Positions 21,966-32,119 of a DNA stretch of 64,000 bases are shown piece after piece. A program made the position numbers and the translations under genes. The stretch spans positions 32,001 through 96,000 of the forward strand of contig CAVTWJ010000020.1 of NCBI GenBank assembly GCA_963738405.1, written 5' to 3'. The notes beneath the pieces are model-generated. The model was given only the letters and a program-made list of their open reading frames with translations, made no database searches and was not told where the DNA came from. The DNA is from a candidate division FCPU426 bacterium. GTDB lineage: Bacteria; Oederibacteriota; Muellerivitia; Muellerivitales; Muellerivitaceae. Each line of letters starts with the position of its first letter. The stretch's first letter is position 1.

Positions 21966-22033
21966 TCCACCACGCAACAAATGGCGAGAGCCTTCTATAT
22001 ATACAGCTATCAAAAACATTTGGAGACCTATTC

Positions 22034-24604
22034 GTGGCAACCGACAATCTACCTGAAGCTCCAGTAACCGCCGAGAACCCGGTCATTACGGAGATTCCTC
22101 CCATCACCGAAACCCCTGCGGCCACGGAACCCTCCGAAACAGCCGAAACTCCCAAGAAAGCTAAAAAACCCAGGACGCCCAAGGCGCCTAAAGACCCCAA
22201 CGCTCCCGAGAAGCCCAAGGCCAAAAAAGCCCCGAAACCTAAGAAAAACGAAAACAAGAAACTGGTCATTGTGGAGTCGCCTTCCAAGGCGAAAACTATC
22301 AACAAGTACCTCGGGTCGGACTTTGTGGTTTTGGCCTCCAAAGGCCATTTGGTCGATCTGCCCAAGAGCAAACTGGGCGTGGATTTGGAACACAACTTCG
22401 ATCCCCAATACATCAATATTCGGGGCAAGGCCCCCATTATTCGGGAACTCAAAAAGGCCTCACAAAAGGCCGAAGTTATCTTCCTAGCCACGGACCCGGA
22501 CCGTGAAGGCGAGGCCATCAGCTGGCATATCAAGAATTTTCTGACCGGCCTGGCCAAACAGCCTCCCATGTACCGCCTTCGCTTAAACGAAATCACCAAA
22601 CCCGCGATTGAAGAAGCCATCCTCAACCCGCAGCAAATCGACCAGAACATGGTGGATGCCCAGCAGGCCCGAAGGATTCTCGACCGGCTGGTGGGATACG
22701 GCATTTCGCCCCTGCTTTGGCAAAACATCCGCCGGGGCTTGTCCGCAGGCCGGGTGCAGTCCGTAGCCCTGCGCCTCATTTACGAGCGGGAAAAGGAAAT
22801 CGAGGGGTTTAAGCCGGTCGAGTATTGGACCCTGGAAGCCGACTTCTTAACTGAAGCCAACAAGATCATCCGCACCAAACTGGCCAAGGTGAATGGGGAA
22901 AAGCCCGACCTGAAAACCCAGGACGAAACCCAGGCCCTTCTGGAAAAGCTGGAAAAGGCCGATTTCAAGGTTTCTGCCGTTTTGCACCGGGAAAAAAGCA
23001 AGAAACCCCCCATGCCTTTCACGACCTCCAAGCTCCAGCAGGAATCCTATAAACAACTGCGGTTCGGGGCCCGAAAGACCATGTCGATCGCCCAGGGCCT
23101 TTATGAAGGTATTGAAGTAGGCGAGTCGGCGCCGGTTGGGTTGATTACCTATATGCGTACCGATTCCAAGCGTATTTCGCCCGAAGCCAAAGCGGAGGCC
23201 ACCAAATTTATCGTGGAAACCTATGGTGAAAAGTACAAGGGCCCCGGGGACCGGGACACGTCGAGCAAGGGCAAGATTCAGGACGCCCATGAGGCCATCA
23301 GGCCGACTTCCGTTTTCCGTACCCCTGAAAAGATGAAGGGCTACCTGACCCCCGAACAGTTCAAACTTTACCAGCTCATCTGGGAAGACTTTTTGGCCAG
23401 CCAAATGTCGAACGCCCTCTACCGGGAAACCTCGGTTGAGATTTCAGGCGACATCGCGGTTTTTCGGGTTTCCGGCACTGAGACCCTCTTTGAGGGCTAC
23501 ACCAAGGTTTATGAGGAAGCAGCCGACGAGGACAAAAAAGAAGGCGACCCCGGCACGGATGGGGAAGTGACCGGAAAGGTCAACTCGAACAAGCTATCCG
23601 GCATCGAGGAAAACCAGAAGATGATCTGGAAAGAACCGATCAAGGAACAGCATTTCACCCAGCCGCCCCCGAGGTTTACCGACGCTTCCATGATCAAGAC
23701 TCTGGAAGAAATGGGCATTGGACGCCCTTCGACCTATGCCCCGACTTTGGAAACCATTCAGAACCGGCGGTATGTGAAGAAAGAAAGCGGAAGGTTCTTT
23801 TTGGCCGAATTGGGCAACCTGGTGCTGGGGCTTTTGATGAAAAATTTCCCCACGATCTTGGATTACGAATTCACCGCCAAGATGGAAGGTGAATTGGACC
23901 AGGTCGAGGCGGGGGAACAAGAATGGCGCAAGGTGATTGGCGAGTTTTACGTTCCCTTTAAAGACGTTTTGGCCGCGGCGGAAAAGCTGATGGGCGAGGA
24001 AAAGGCGAAGATTGAGATCGTCACCGACATCCCCTGCGAAAAATGCGGGCAGATGATGATTGTGAAGTGGGGAAGACACGGCAAATTTTTGGCCTGTTCC
24101 AAATACCCCGAATGCCAATCCACCAAGAGCCTGAAGGAAACCGCCGATGGTTCGATTCAGGTGGATGCCGATACCGTTACCGATGAAAAATGCCCCAAGT
24201 GCAGCGCCCCGATGATTGTGAAGATGGGACGGTTTGGAAAATTTTTGGCCTGTTCCAAGTATCCCGAATGCAAAACCGCCAAGCCTATACCTTTGGGCAT
24301 CAAATGCCCCCTCTGCCCCGACGGGCAGGTGGTTTCAAGAGGTTCCCAGCGGGGCGTGTTTTACGGATGCAACAACTACCCCAACTGCAAATTCATTTCC
24401 TGGTACAAACCGCTAAACCGGCCCTGCCCCCAATGCGGAAGCCCCTACCTGACGGACAAGTATTTGAAGACGCTGGGGCCGCATGTTTCCTGCCCCAACA
24501 AGGAATGCGACTACAAGGAAATGCCGAATTCCGAAGGCAACCCGAACGCCCCGGCTGTGGCCGCGCCCCCTGCGATGCCGCCCCCAGCACCGAGCTTTGA
24601 TTAG
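22034..24604 (+). CDS. topA: DNA topoisomerase I with N-terminal Lys/Pro-rich extension and C-terminal zinc ribbons
   Basis: LVIVESPSKAKTI, ATDPDREGE, SAGRVQ, LITYMRTD, GIGRPSTY and CxxC ribbons. Confidence 0.97.
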   Translation: MATDNLPEAPVTAENPVITEIPPITETPAATEPSETAETPKKAKKPRTPKAPKDPNAPEKPKAKKAPKPKKNENKKLVIVESPSKAKTINKYLGSDFVVLASKGHLVDLPKSKLGVDLEHNFDPQYINIRGKAPIIRELKKASQKAEVIFLATDPDREGEAISWHIKNFLTGLAKQPPMYRLRLNEITKPAIEEAILNPQQIDQNMVDAQQARRILDRLVGYGISPLLWQNIRRGLSAGRVQSVALRLIYEREKEIEGFKPVEYWTLEADFLTEANKIIRTKLAKVNGEKPDLKTQDETQALLEKLEKADFKVSAVLHREKSKKPPMPFTTSKLQQESYKQLRFGARKTMSIAQGLYEGIEVGESAPVGLITYMRTDSKRISPEAKAEATKFIVETYGEKYKGPGDRDTSSKGKIQDAHEAIRPTSVFRTPEKMKGYLTPEQFKLYQLIWEDFLASQMSNALYRETSVEISGDIAVFRVSGTETLFEGYTKVYEEAADEDKKEGDPGTDGEVTGKVNSNKLSGIEENQKMIWKEPIKEQHFTQPPPRFTDASMIKTLEEMGIGRPSTYAPTLETIQNRRYVKKESGRFFLAELGNLVLGLLMKNFPTILDYEFTAKMEGELDQVEAGEQEWRKVIGEFYVPFKDVLAAAEKLMGEEKAKIEIVTDIPCEKCGQMMIVKWGRHGKFLACSKYPECQSTKSLKETADGSIQVDADTVTDEKCPKCSAPMIVKMGRFGKFLACSKYPECKTAKPIPLGIKCPLCPDGQVVSRGSQRGVFYGCNNYPNCKFISWYKPLNRPCPQCGSPYLTDKYLKTLGPHVSCPNKECDYKEMPNSEGNPNAPAVAAPPAMPPPAPSFD

Positions 24605-24682
24605 TTTCACCCGCCTGGTCAAAGCCTTGCAAAGTGAAACTTTGAACCGCATTGTCTAAGACACAAACCAAAGGCATCTATA

Positions 24683-24755
24683 GCCACAGATACATGGGAT
24701 TCATGGGATGTTAAAGCCTTAAATCTTATCTGTGTGCATCCAATGCATCTGTGGC
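24683..24755. repeat. REP-like inverted repeat of a second family (GCCACAGAT...ATCTGTGGC)
   Basis: gccacagatacatgggat ... atccaatgcatctgtggc between topA and argB. Confidence 0.7.
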
Positions 24756-24849
24756 AAAATCTTGTTTCTGTTTTCCTTGCGGTTTTTGGTTGAGTAGCTT
24801 CTGAGCTATAATTGCCGTGCTTATCTATTTTGTTTCGCGAGGAAGTCAC

Positions 24850-25713
24850 TTGGTTAATCCAGCCCAAAAAGCCCAAATCTTAGTCGAGGCCTTTCCCTTT
24901 ATCCGCAAGTGGTACGGCGCCACGGTGGTGGTGAAGTACGGGGGAAGCACCCGAAGCGGCGACGCTGAACTAAAACAAACCCTTCAAGACATTGTGTTGA
25001 TGAAATTCGCCGGGATGCGCCCGCTGGTGGTGCATGGCGGGGGAAAAGACATTACGAAAGTCACCGAAAAGCTGGGAATCCATTCCCGGTTCGTGGACGG
25101 CTTAAGGGTGACGGACCTGCCCACCATGGAAGTGGTGGAAATGGTTCTGGGCGGGAAGATTAATAAAGAACTGGTAAGCACGATCCAGCAGTTGGGCGGG
25201 CAGGCGGTGGGCTTGTCCGGCAAGGACGGTGGGATGCTGGAAGCCTCACGGGTGAAATCCAAGACCGGCAAAGACATCGGCTTCGTGGGCAAGGTTTCCA
25301 AGGTCAACACGGCCGTTTTGGACATTTTAGATAAAGAACAATTCATCCCCGTGATCGCTCCCTTGGGGCTGGGGAAAGACGGCAAGACCTATAACGTGAA
25401 CGCGGATGAGGCGGCCGGGGCTATCGCGGGCGCATTGAAAGCCGAAAAGCTGGTCTTTTTGACCGATGTGCCGGGAATTTGTAAGAAGAAAGAAGACCCC
25501 AAGAGCCTCTTTTCAACCATCAAGGCTAAGGAAGTGGCCAAACTCATTAAAAGCGGAGTGATTTCGGGGGGCATGATCCCCAAAGTTCAAGCCTGTCTGC
25601 ATGCCTTGAAGGCGGGTGTTCGAAAGACTCACATTATTGACGGCACCCAGCCCCACGCCCTTTTATTGGAAATATTCACCCCCGAAGGCATCGGAACCGA
25701 ACTCATACCTTAG
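24850..25713 (+). CDS. argB: Acetylglutamate kinase
   Basis: VVKYGG, VHGGG, GLRVTD, YNVNAD, GGMIPKV; TTG 24850 follows RBS GAGGA. Confidence 0.96.
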   Translation: MVNPAQKAQILVEAFPFIRKWYGATVVVKYGGSTRSGDAELKQTLQDIVLMKFAGMRPLVVHGGGKDITKVTEKLGIHSRFVDGLRVTDLPTMEVVEMVLGGKINKELVSTIQQLGGQAVGLSGKDGGMLEASRVKSKTGKDIGFVGKVSKVNTAVLDILDKEQFIPVIAPLGLGKDGKTYNVNADEAAGAIAGALKAEKLVFLTDVPGICKKKEDPKSLFSTIKAKEVAKLIKSGVISGGMIPKVQACLHALKAGVRKTHIIDGTQPHALLLEIFTPEGIGTELIP

Positions 25714-25800
25714 TTTTTCACGCTTGTCTCTCTGCGTTTCATTGCCCCTACCTATGGTATAATCCCGCCCGTTGTATTTATTTTCCCAAGGAGCCTCTGG

Positions 25801-26256
25801 ATGAAGTGTCCTTTTTGCGGTCACCAAGAAGATAAGGTGATGGATTCACGGCCTTCCAAGGGCGGCTCGGCCATCCGCCGTCGCAGGGAATGCTTGAAGT
25901 GCGAGAAGCGTTTCACGACCTACGAACAAATTGAAGAAATTTTACCCATGGTTGTGAAGCGGGACGGGCGCAGGGAACCTTTTGACCGTTTGAAAATCGT
26001 CTCAGGCATACGAAAAGCGGTAGAGAAGCGTCCGGTTTCCTCCGAGAAGATTGAGGCGGCGGTGGACGATATCGAGAGTATGTTGATGGAGCGGGCGGCC
26101 AAGGAAATTAATTCCACCGAGATCGGCGAAATGGTGATTGGGCGCTTGAAAGACATGGATGATGTGGCCTATGTGCGCTTCGCCAGCGTTTACCGGCAGT
26201 TCAAGGATATCGGCGCCTTTATGGATGAAGTAAAAAAGCTGATGGCGAAGAAGTAA
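25801..26256 (+). CDS. nrdR: Transcriptional repressor NrdR
   Basis: MKCPFC, DSR..IRRRREC..C..RFTTYE, ATP-cone and [10 protein letters not shown]. Confidence 0.97.
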   Translation: MKCPFCGHQEDKVMDSRPSKGGSAIRRRRECLKCEKRFTTYEQIEEILPMVVKRDGRREPFDRLKIVSGIRKAVEKRPVSSEKIEAAVDDIESMLMERAAKEINSTEIGEMVIGRLKDMDDVAYVRFASVYRQFKDIGAFMDEVKKLMAKK

Positions 26257-26278
26257 TTTAAGAGACTTAAAACAAATA

Positions 26279-26386
26279 TTACCACCAAGACACCAAGTCA
26301 CCAAGAAAATCGAAAACAAACCGGGATTTACGGAAGTCTTTTTAAAGTTTTGCCGTTCTTGGCGTCTTAGCGTCTTGGCGGTGAAA
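26279..26386. repeat. REP-like inverted repeat, (CACCAAGN)3 arms
   Basis: ttaccaccaagacaccaagtcaccaagaa ... ttcttggcgtcttagcgtcttggcggtgaa. Confidence 0.88.
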
Positions 26387-26410
26387 AAATTCTTAATTGA
26401 AAGGTAAAAA

Positions 26411-27721
26411 ATGGCAAAGATTCGAGCCTATCGTGCTGTTCGTTATGGTTTATCTTCCCCGCAAGCCCTCAAAAAAGTGGTGGCCCCTCCCTACGACGTC
26501 ATTTCAACCCAGCAAAAAAAAGAACTCTTGGCTGCGGACCCCAAAAATGTGATCCGCTTGATCTTGGGAAACCCCAGCCACGAAACCCACAGCGCCTCCG
26601 ACTACTCAAAAGCCAAGCAAACTTTCCTGGCCTGGCAAAAGTCCAATGTGCTTAAGCGGGAGTCAAAGCCCGCCGTTTACATTTACCGCCAGTCCTTTGA
26701 CCTGGACGGCCGGGTGTTTCACCGTAGTGGATTTATCGCCCTCTCCCAACTGACCCCCTTCGGCAAGAAAAAGGGCGGCATCCTGGCCCACGAACATACC
26801 CTGGCAGGCCCTAAAGCTGACCGCTTGAAATTGACCCAGGCCACGAAGGCCAACTTCAGCTGTATCTTTTCCCTCTATCCCGACAAGAAGGGCGCGGGCA
26901 CCCTTTTAAAGAAAGCCTCTTCCCGCAAGCCGGACATGAGCGTGGAATACCCCAAGGGTATTCAAAACCAGGTTTGGGCCGTGACCGATGAAAAGTGGGT
27001 CAAGGGACTTCAGGCCAAAATGAAGGACGCCACCTTGTTTATCGCCGACGGGCACCACCGCTACGAGACGGCCCTGAACTACCAGGCGATCCAATCGAAA
27101 AAAACTAAGGGCGCCGTTGGAAGCAGGCCCTTTGATTTCGTGCAGATGATGTTTGTGGCAATGGAAGACCCGGGGCTTGTGATTTTGCCGACTCACCGGA
27201 TGCTGCCTTCCCGCATTGTTACCTCACCCGCTTTGCTTTTAAGCCGCCTGTCGTCCCTTGGTGAACTGCATGCCTACCCCAAAGCCATCGCCGGATCGGC
27301 CCCCTGGAAATGGATGGAGAAACTGGGGAAAACCCATTCCACTTTAGGAATATCCTTCGACGGGAAAAAACTCTACGCCCTTCAATTCTCCAAAGCCGTG
27401 GAAAAGAGCCCCTTGCTTCATGACGTTTCATCCGCCCAACGAAAACTGGATGTCACCCTCTTGCACCGCCTGATTTTGGAACCCTTTTTCGGCATCACGA
27501 AGGAAAAGGTGGAGCATGAGATTTCCTTCACCAGCCGGGCTGAGGAAGCGGTACAACGGCTTAAGAAAAAGGAATTCGCGGCGGTGTTTTTCTTGAACCC
27601 CACGCGCATTGACCAACTACGGGAAATCGCCATGAACCAGGAGCGGATGCCGCAAAAATCCACCTATTTCTACCCGAAGCTTGTCACAGGTCTTGTTTTC
27701 AACCGGTTGGATTCGTTTTAA
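26411..27721 (+). CDS. DUF1015 family protein
   Basis: APPYDVI, HEHT, FIADGHHRYETA, PTHR, MPQKSTYFYPKLVTGL. Confidence 0.92.
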   Translation: MAKIRAYRAVRYGLSSPQALKKVVAPPYDVISTQQKKELLAADPKNVIRLILGNPSHETHSASDYSKAKQTFLAWQKSNVLKRESKPAVYIYRQSFDLDGRVFHRSGFIALSQLTPFGKKKGGILAHEHTLAGPKADRLKLTQATKANFSCIFSLYPDKKGAGTLLKKASSRKPDMSVEYPKGIQNQVWAVTDEKWVKGLQAKMKDATLFIADGHHRYETALNYQAIQSKKTKGAVGSRPFDFVQMMFVAMEDPGLVILPTHRMLPSRIVTSPALLLSRLSSLGELHAYPKAIAGSAPWKWMEKLGKTHSTLGISFDGKKLYALQFSKAVEKSPLLHDVSSAQRKLDVTLLHRLILEPFFGITKEKVEHEISFTSRAEEAVQRLKKKEFAAVFFLNPTRIDQLREIAMNQERMPQKSTYFYPKLVTGLVFNRLDSF

Positions 27722-27752
27722 GGTTTTCAACAAAATCTCTTAGCAAAGACAA

Positions 27753-27845
27753 TTTTCACCACTAAGGCACAAAGACACCAAGAAAACCCTTTGTTTTTTA
27801 ACCTGAGTTTTTGCTTTCCTTGGTGACTTGGTGTCTTGGTGGTTC
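27753..27845. repeat. REP-like inverted repeat, (CACCAAGN)3 arms
   Basis: ttttcaccactaaggcacaaagacaccaag ... cttggtgacttggtgtcttggtggtt. Confidence 0.88.
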
Positions 27846-27897
27846 AAAGGGTTTGGTGGCGGGTTCATTAGTCCAACCGCAATTAACATGGAAAATC

Positions 27898-27926
27898 TTG
27901 CGGGTGTTTCAGGCCCAGCGTAGAAT
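27898..27926 (+). promoter_or_regulatory. Sigma70-like promoter of eno
   Basis: TTGCGG-N17-TAGAAT. Confidence 0.45.
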
Positions 27927-27965
27927 TTCCGCCTGTCATTCCCGTTTTCACCTTTATTACCTTGA

Positions 27966-29264
<1,299 letters not shown>

Positions 29265-29283
29265 TAGGCAGTGGCTTTAGGGT

Positions 29284-29318
29284 AAAAAAGGCGGGCCCCA
29301 AAGGGGCTCGCCTTTTTT
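29284..29318 (+). terminator. Rho-independent terminator after eno
   Basis: aaaaaaggcgggcccc-aaa-ggggctcgcctttttt. Confidence 0.85.
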
Positions 29319-29335
29319 ATTGACCGAGGTAATCC

Positions 29336-30244
29336 GTGGCCGAAACGAAGACCATTTTCGATAGCGTGACCGAACTGGTGGGAAAAACCCCGCTGATCGA
29401 AATCCATTGCCATGGGGTTTCGGGCGTCACCATCCTCGCCAAATTGGAAAGCTTCAACCCGGGCGGGTCAGTGAAGGACCGGCCGGCCCTGCGCATGATT
29501 GAGGAAGGCATCCGGCTGGGGAAATTGACAAAGGATAAGGCGATTCTTGACGCCACTTCGGGCAATACGGGAATCGCCTATGCCATGATCGGAGCAGCCC
29601 TGGGGTACAAGGTGGTCTTGGCCCTGCCCGCCAACGTCAGCGAAGAACGCAAACGCATCCTTGAAACTTATAACGTTGAGGTTCATTACTCCAGCGAGAT
29701 GGAAGGTTCGGATGGGGCCATTCGCTTGGCTCAGAAGTTGGCCCGGGAAAATCCGGACAAGTATTTCTTGCCGGATCAGTACAACAACCCCGAAAATCCC
29801 AAGGCCCATTACCTTTCAACTGCCGAGGAAATTATGGAACTGGCCGGGGACAGGATCACCCATTTCGCGGCAGGGATAGGCACCAGCGGAACCTTAATGG
29901 GAACGGGCAAGCGCATCAAGGAAATCAAACCTTCGGTCAAGCTGGTGGCGCTGGAGCCCGCGGAACCCTTTCACGGTTTGGAGGGTTGGAAACACATGGC
30001 TTCTTCCATCGTGCCGGGCATTTACGACAAGAGCGCTTATGACGAGAAGATCGCCATCGACACCGACGAAGCCTACGAGTGGGTGAAGGTTTTGGCCCGC
30101 AAGGAGGGACTGCTTCTTGGTTTGTCCTGCGGCGGGGCGCTTTCGGGCTGCGTCAAACTTGCGAAGAAAATAGGCTCCGGCTGTATCGTTACGGTTTTTC
30201 CGGATTCGGGGGACAAGTACCTATCCACCCGGGTGTGGGAATAA
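29336..30244 (+). CDS. PLP-dependent cysteine synthase family protein (CysM/CysK-like)
   Basis: KLESFNPGGSVKDR, ATSGNTG, GIGTSGT, FPDSGDKYLST. Confidence 0.92.
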   Translation: MAETKTIFDSVTELVGKTPLIEIHCHGVSGVTILAKLESFNPGGSVKDRPALRMIEEGIRLGKLTKDKAILDATSGNTGIAYAMIGAALGYKVVLALPANVSEERKRILETYNVEVHYSSEMEGSDGAIRLAQKLARENPDKYFLPDQYNNPENPKAHYLSTAEEIMELAGDRITHFAAGIGTSGTLMGTGKRIKEIKPSVKLVALEPAEPFHGLEGWKHMASSIVPGIYDKSAYDEKIAIDTDEAYEWVKVLARKEGLLLGLSCGGALSGCVKLAKKIGSGCIVTVFPDSGDKYLSTRVWE

Positions 30245-30254
30245 AGGAAAGAAA

Positions 30255-30665
30255 ATGGTCCGTTTTACCCAGAAGGCTCAAACTGAAATGGTTGGAATTG
30301 GGGAAAGGGGCTACCCCCATGAGATTTGCGGATTGATGTTCGGCAAGGCTGGCGAAATCCGCGAGGTGACGGAGGTTTTTGAGTGCGGCAACCTGAACAA
30401 GCTCAAACCCGAGACTCGCTACGACATGGACCCCCATGATTACATGAAGGGAGAAGCCCTGGCCCGGAAAAAGGGGTTGGACGTCATCGGCATATTCCAT
30501 TCGCACCCAGACCATCCGGATAAGGCTTCGGAAACCGACCGGCAGGCGGCTTGGCAGGGTTTTTCCTATGTCATCATGTCCATTCAAAAAGGAAAGTTTG
30601 CCTCGATGAAGTCCTGGGTGCTGGATGGCCTGGAACAATTTCATGAGGAACCTATCGCGCCCTAA
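30255..30665 (+). CDS. M67/JAMM metallopeptidase (Mec-like)
   Basis: YPHEICG and FHSHPDHPDKASETD (HxH-x7-S-x2-D). Confidence 0.92.
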   Translation: MVRFTQKAQTEMVGIGERGYPHEICGLMFGKAGEIREVTEVFECGNLNKLKPETRYDMDPHDYMKGEALARKKGLDVIGIFHSHPDHPDKASETDRQAAWQGFSYVIMSIQKGKFASMKSWVLDGLEQFHEEPIAP

Positions 30666-30719
30666 CGAAAATCGGCGGCCCCGCTTCAATTGGGCGGGAA
30701 TTCAGTTGAGGAGGTCCCT

Positions 30720-31133
30720 GTGAAATTCCACACCGAACACCTATGGTTTCAAACGAAAAAACACCGGGAATACATCAACATTACCGGTGATGTGGAAAAG
30801 GCCCTTCAAAAAAGCGGGATCAAGGAGGGGATGATATTGGTTTCCGCTATGCACATCACGGCGGGTGTCTATGTGAATGACGCGGAAGACGGCCTGATTG
30901 CCGATATCGACGAGTGGTTGGAAAAGCTGGCCCCCTTCCGGGAGGACTACCGCCATCACCGCACCGGGGAAACCAACGGCGATTCCCATTTGAAAAGTCT
31001 GCTGATTCATCATGAAGTCATCGTTCCCGTCAGCGATGGAAAACTCGATTTTGGACCCTGGCAGCAGGTCTATTACGCCGAGTTTGACGGGCAGAGAAAG
31101 AAACGCCTGCTCATTAAAGTCATGGGGGAATGA
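30720..31133 (+). CDS. YjbQ/UPF0047 family protein
   Basis: [29 protein letters not shown] 30720 follows GAGGAGG. Confidence 0.92.
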   Translation: MKFHTEHLWFQTKKHREYINITGDVEKALQKSGIKEGMILVSAMHITAGVYVNDAEDGLIADIDEWLEKLAPFREDYRHHRTGETNGDSHLKSLLIHHEVIVPVSDGKLDFGPWQQVYYAEFDGQRKKRLLIKVMGE

Positions 31134-31429
31134 TGGAATCCTCAAAGCCGGAATTTGAAAAATACCTCTTCGTCTGCGTCAACGAAAGACCGGAAGGGGA
31201 GAGGGTCTCTTGCGGGGGGACCCATTGCGGCAAGGAGCTGGCCGCCCGCCTGAAAGAGGAGGTTAAAAGGGCCGGGTTGGCCGGGAAGATCCGGGTTTCT
31301 AAGTCCTATTGCCTGGATGTCTGCGAGGAGGGGGCCAATGTGATTCTTTATCCCGACAATATCTGGTTTAAACATACCGAAATAAACGATGTTCCCGCCA
31401 TTCTTGCCAAACTGGGAATAGAGCCGTAA
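31130..31429 (+). CDS. Thioredoxin-like [2Fe-2S] ferredoxin
   Basis: FVCVNER...SC...[17 protein letters not shown]. Confidence 0.88.
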   Translation: MMESSKPEFEKYLFVCVNERPEGERVSCGGTHCGKELAARLKEEVKRAGLAGKIRVSKSYCLDVCEEGANVILYPDNIWFKHTEINDVPAILAKLGIEP

Positions 31430-31461
31430 AGTAAGCCGTTGTTAGTTATTTTTGAGAAAGT

Positions 31462-31804
31462 GGGGGTGACCGGTTTCGACTGGGAAGCTGAACTTTTGGG
31501 AGCGTGTCGAGGCGCCATCGCTCGTCAAACATGGCAACGGTTTAACTGCCGACAATCAGTTAGCTCTCGCCGCTTAAAGCGGCTAGCGTTTTACCCTTGA
31601 TGCCTATTAAGGGGATAAAACGTAAGCAGTAGGCTGGTCCGGATCAGGGTTGTTCCACCGATGGCCGGACGAGAAACAAAGGGACTGGCTCTCCGCCGGC
31701 GGCTCGGGAGCGAGCGGGGGGTGAGATACTTTCCGGAGCTACGCACGTAGGGCCCATTATGGATGTTTTTCAGGACGTGGGTTCGATTCCCACCACCTCC
31801 ACCA
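31462..31804 (+). ncRNA. ssrA: tmRNA; tag peptide (A)ADNQLALAA at 31548-31577
   Basis: 5' GGGGGTGACCGGTTTCGAC; 3' T-arm GTGGGTTCGATTCCCAC-CACCTCCACCA; tag ORF ends LAA-stop. Confidence 0.97.
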
Positions 31805-32119
31805 TTTTTTTAGTGAACCGGTTTCTTTGTTTACTTGGACTGGTTTCCAATCTCCACTTCCCAAAACGGTCTATGATATTCGGCATAGTCCGGCCTTTAC
31901 CGCGATGTTTTCTTTTTAATCCCTGGAGCACTTAGAACTGCAGGATGTATTGAATGGTTTGTAAAATGAAACCTCCCGATGGATTTGTGGCAGAAGGCTG
32001 ATCGGGTTTTAACGTTTAATGGTTTCCATTTCACCATTTGGCAATTTAAACTTTCCAATTATTATTGGTTTTGTTAGACTTAACCTCAGTTTTCACTCTC
32101 TCATCAGAGGCAACCTTCA

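Noticed and set aside
21955..24677. Minus-strand ORFs overlapping topA
   Set aside because: Antisense shadows of a conserved gene.
31780..32119. Prophage or island integrated at the tmRNA 3' end
   Set aside because: No integrase follows ssrA and I saw no duplicate of its 3' end in the window.
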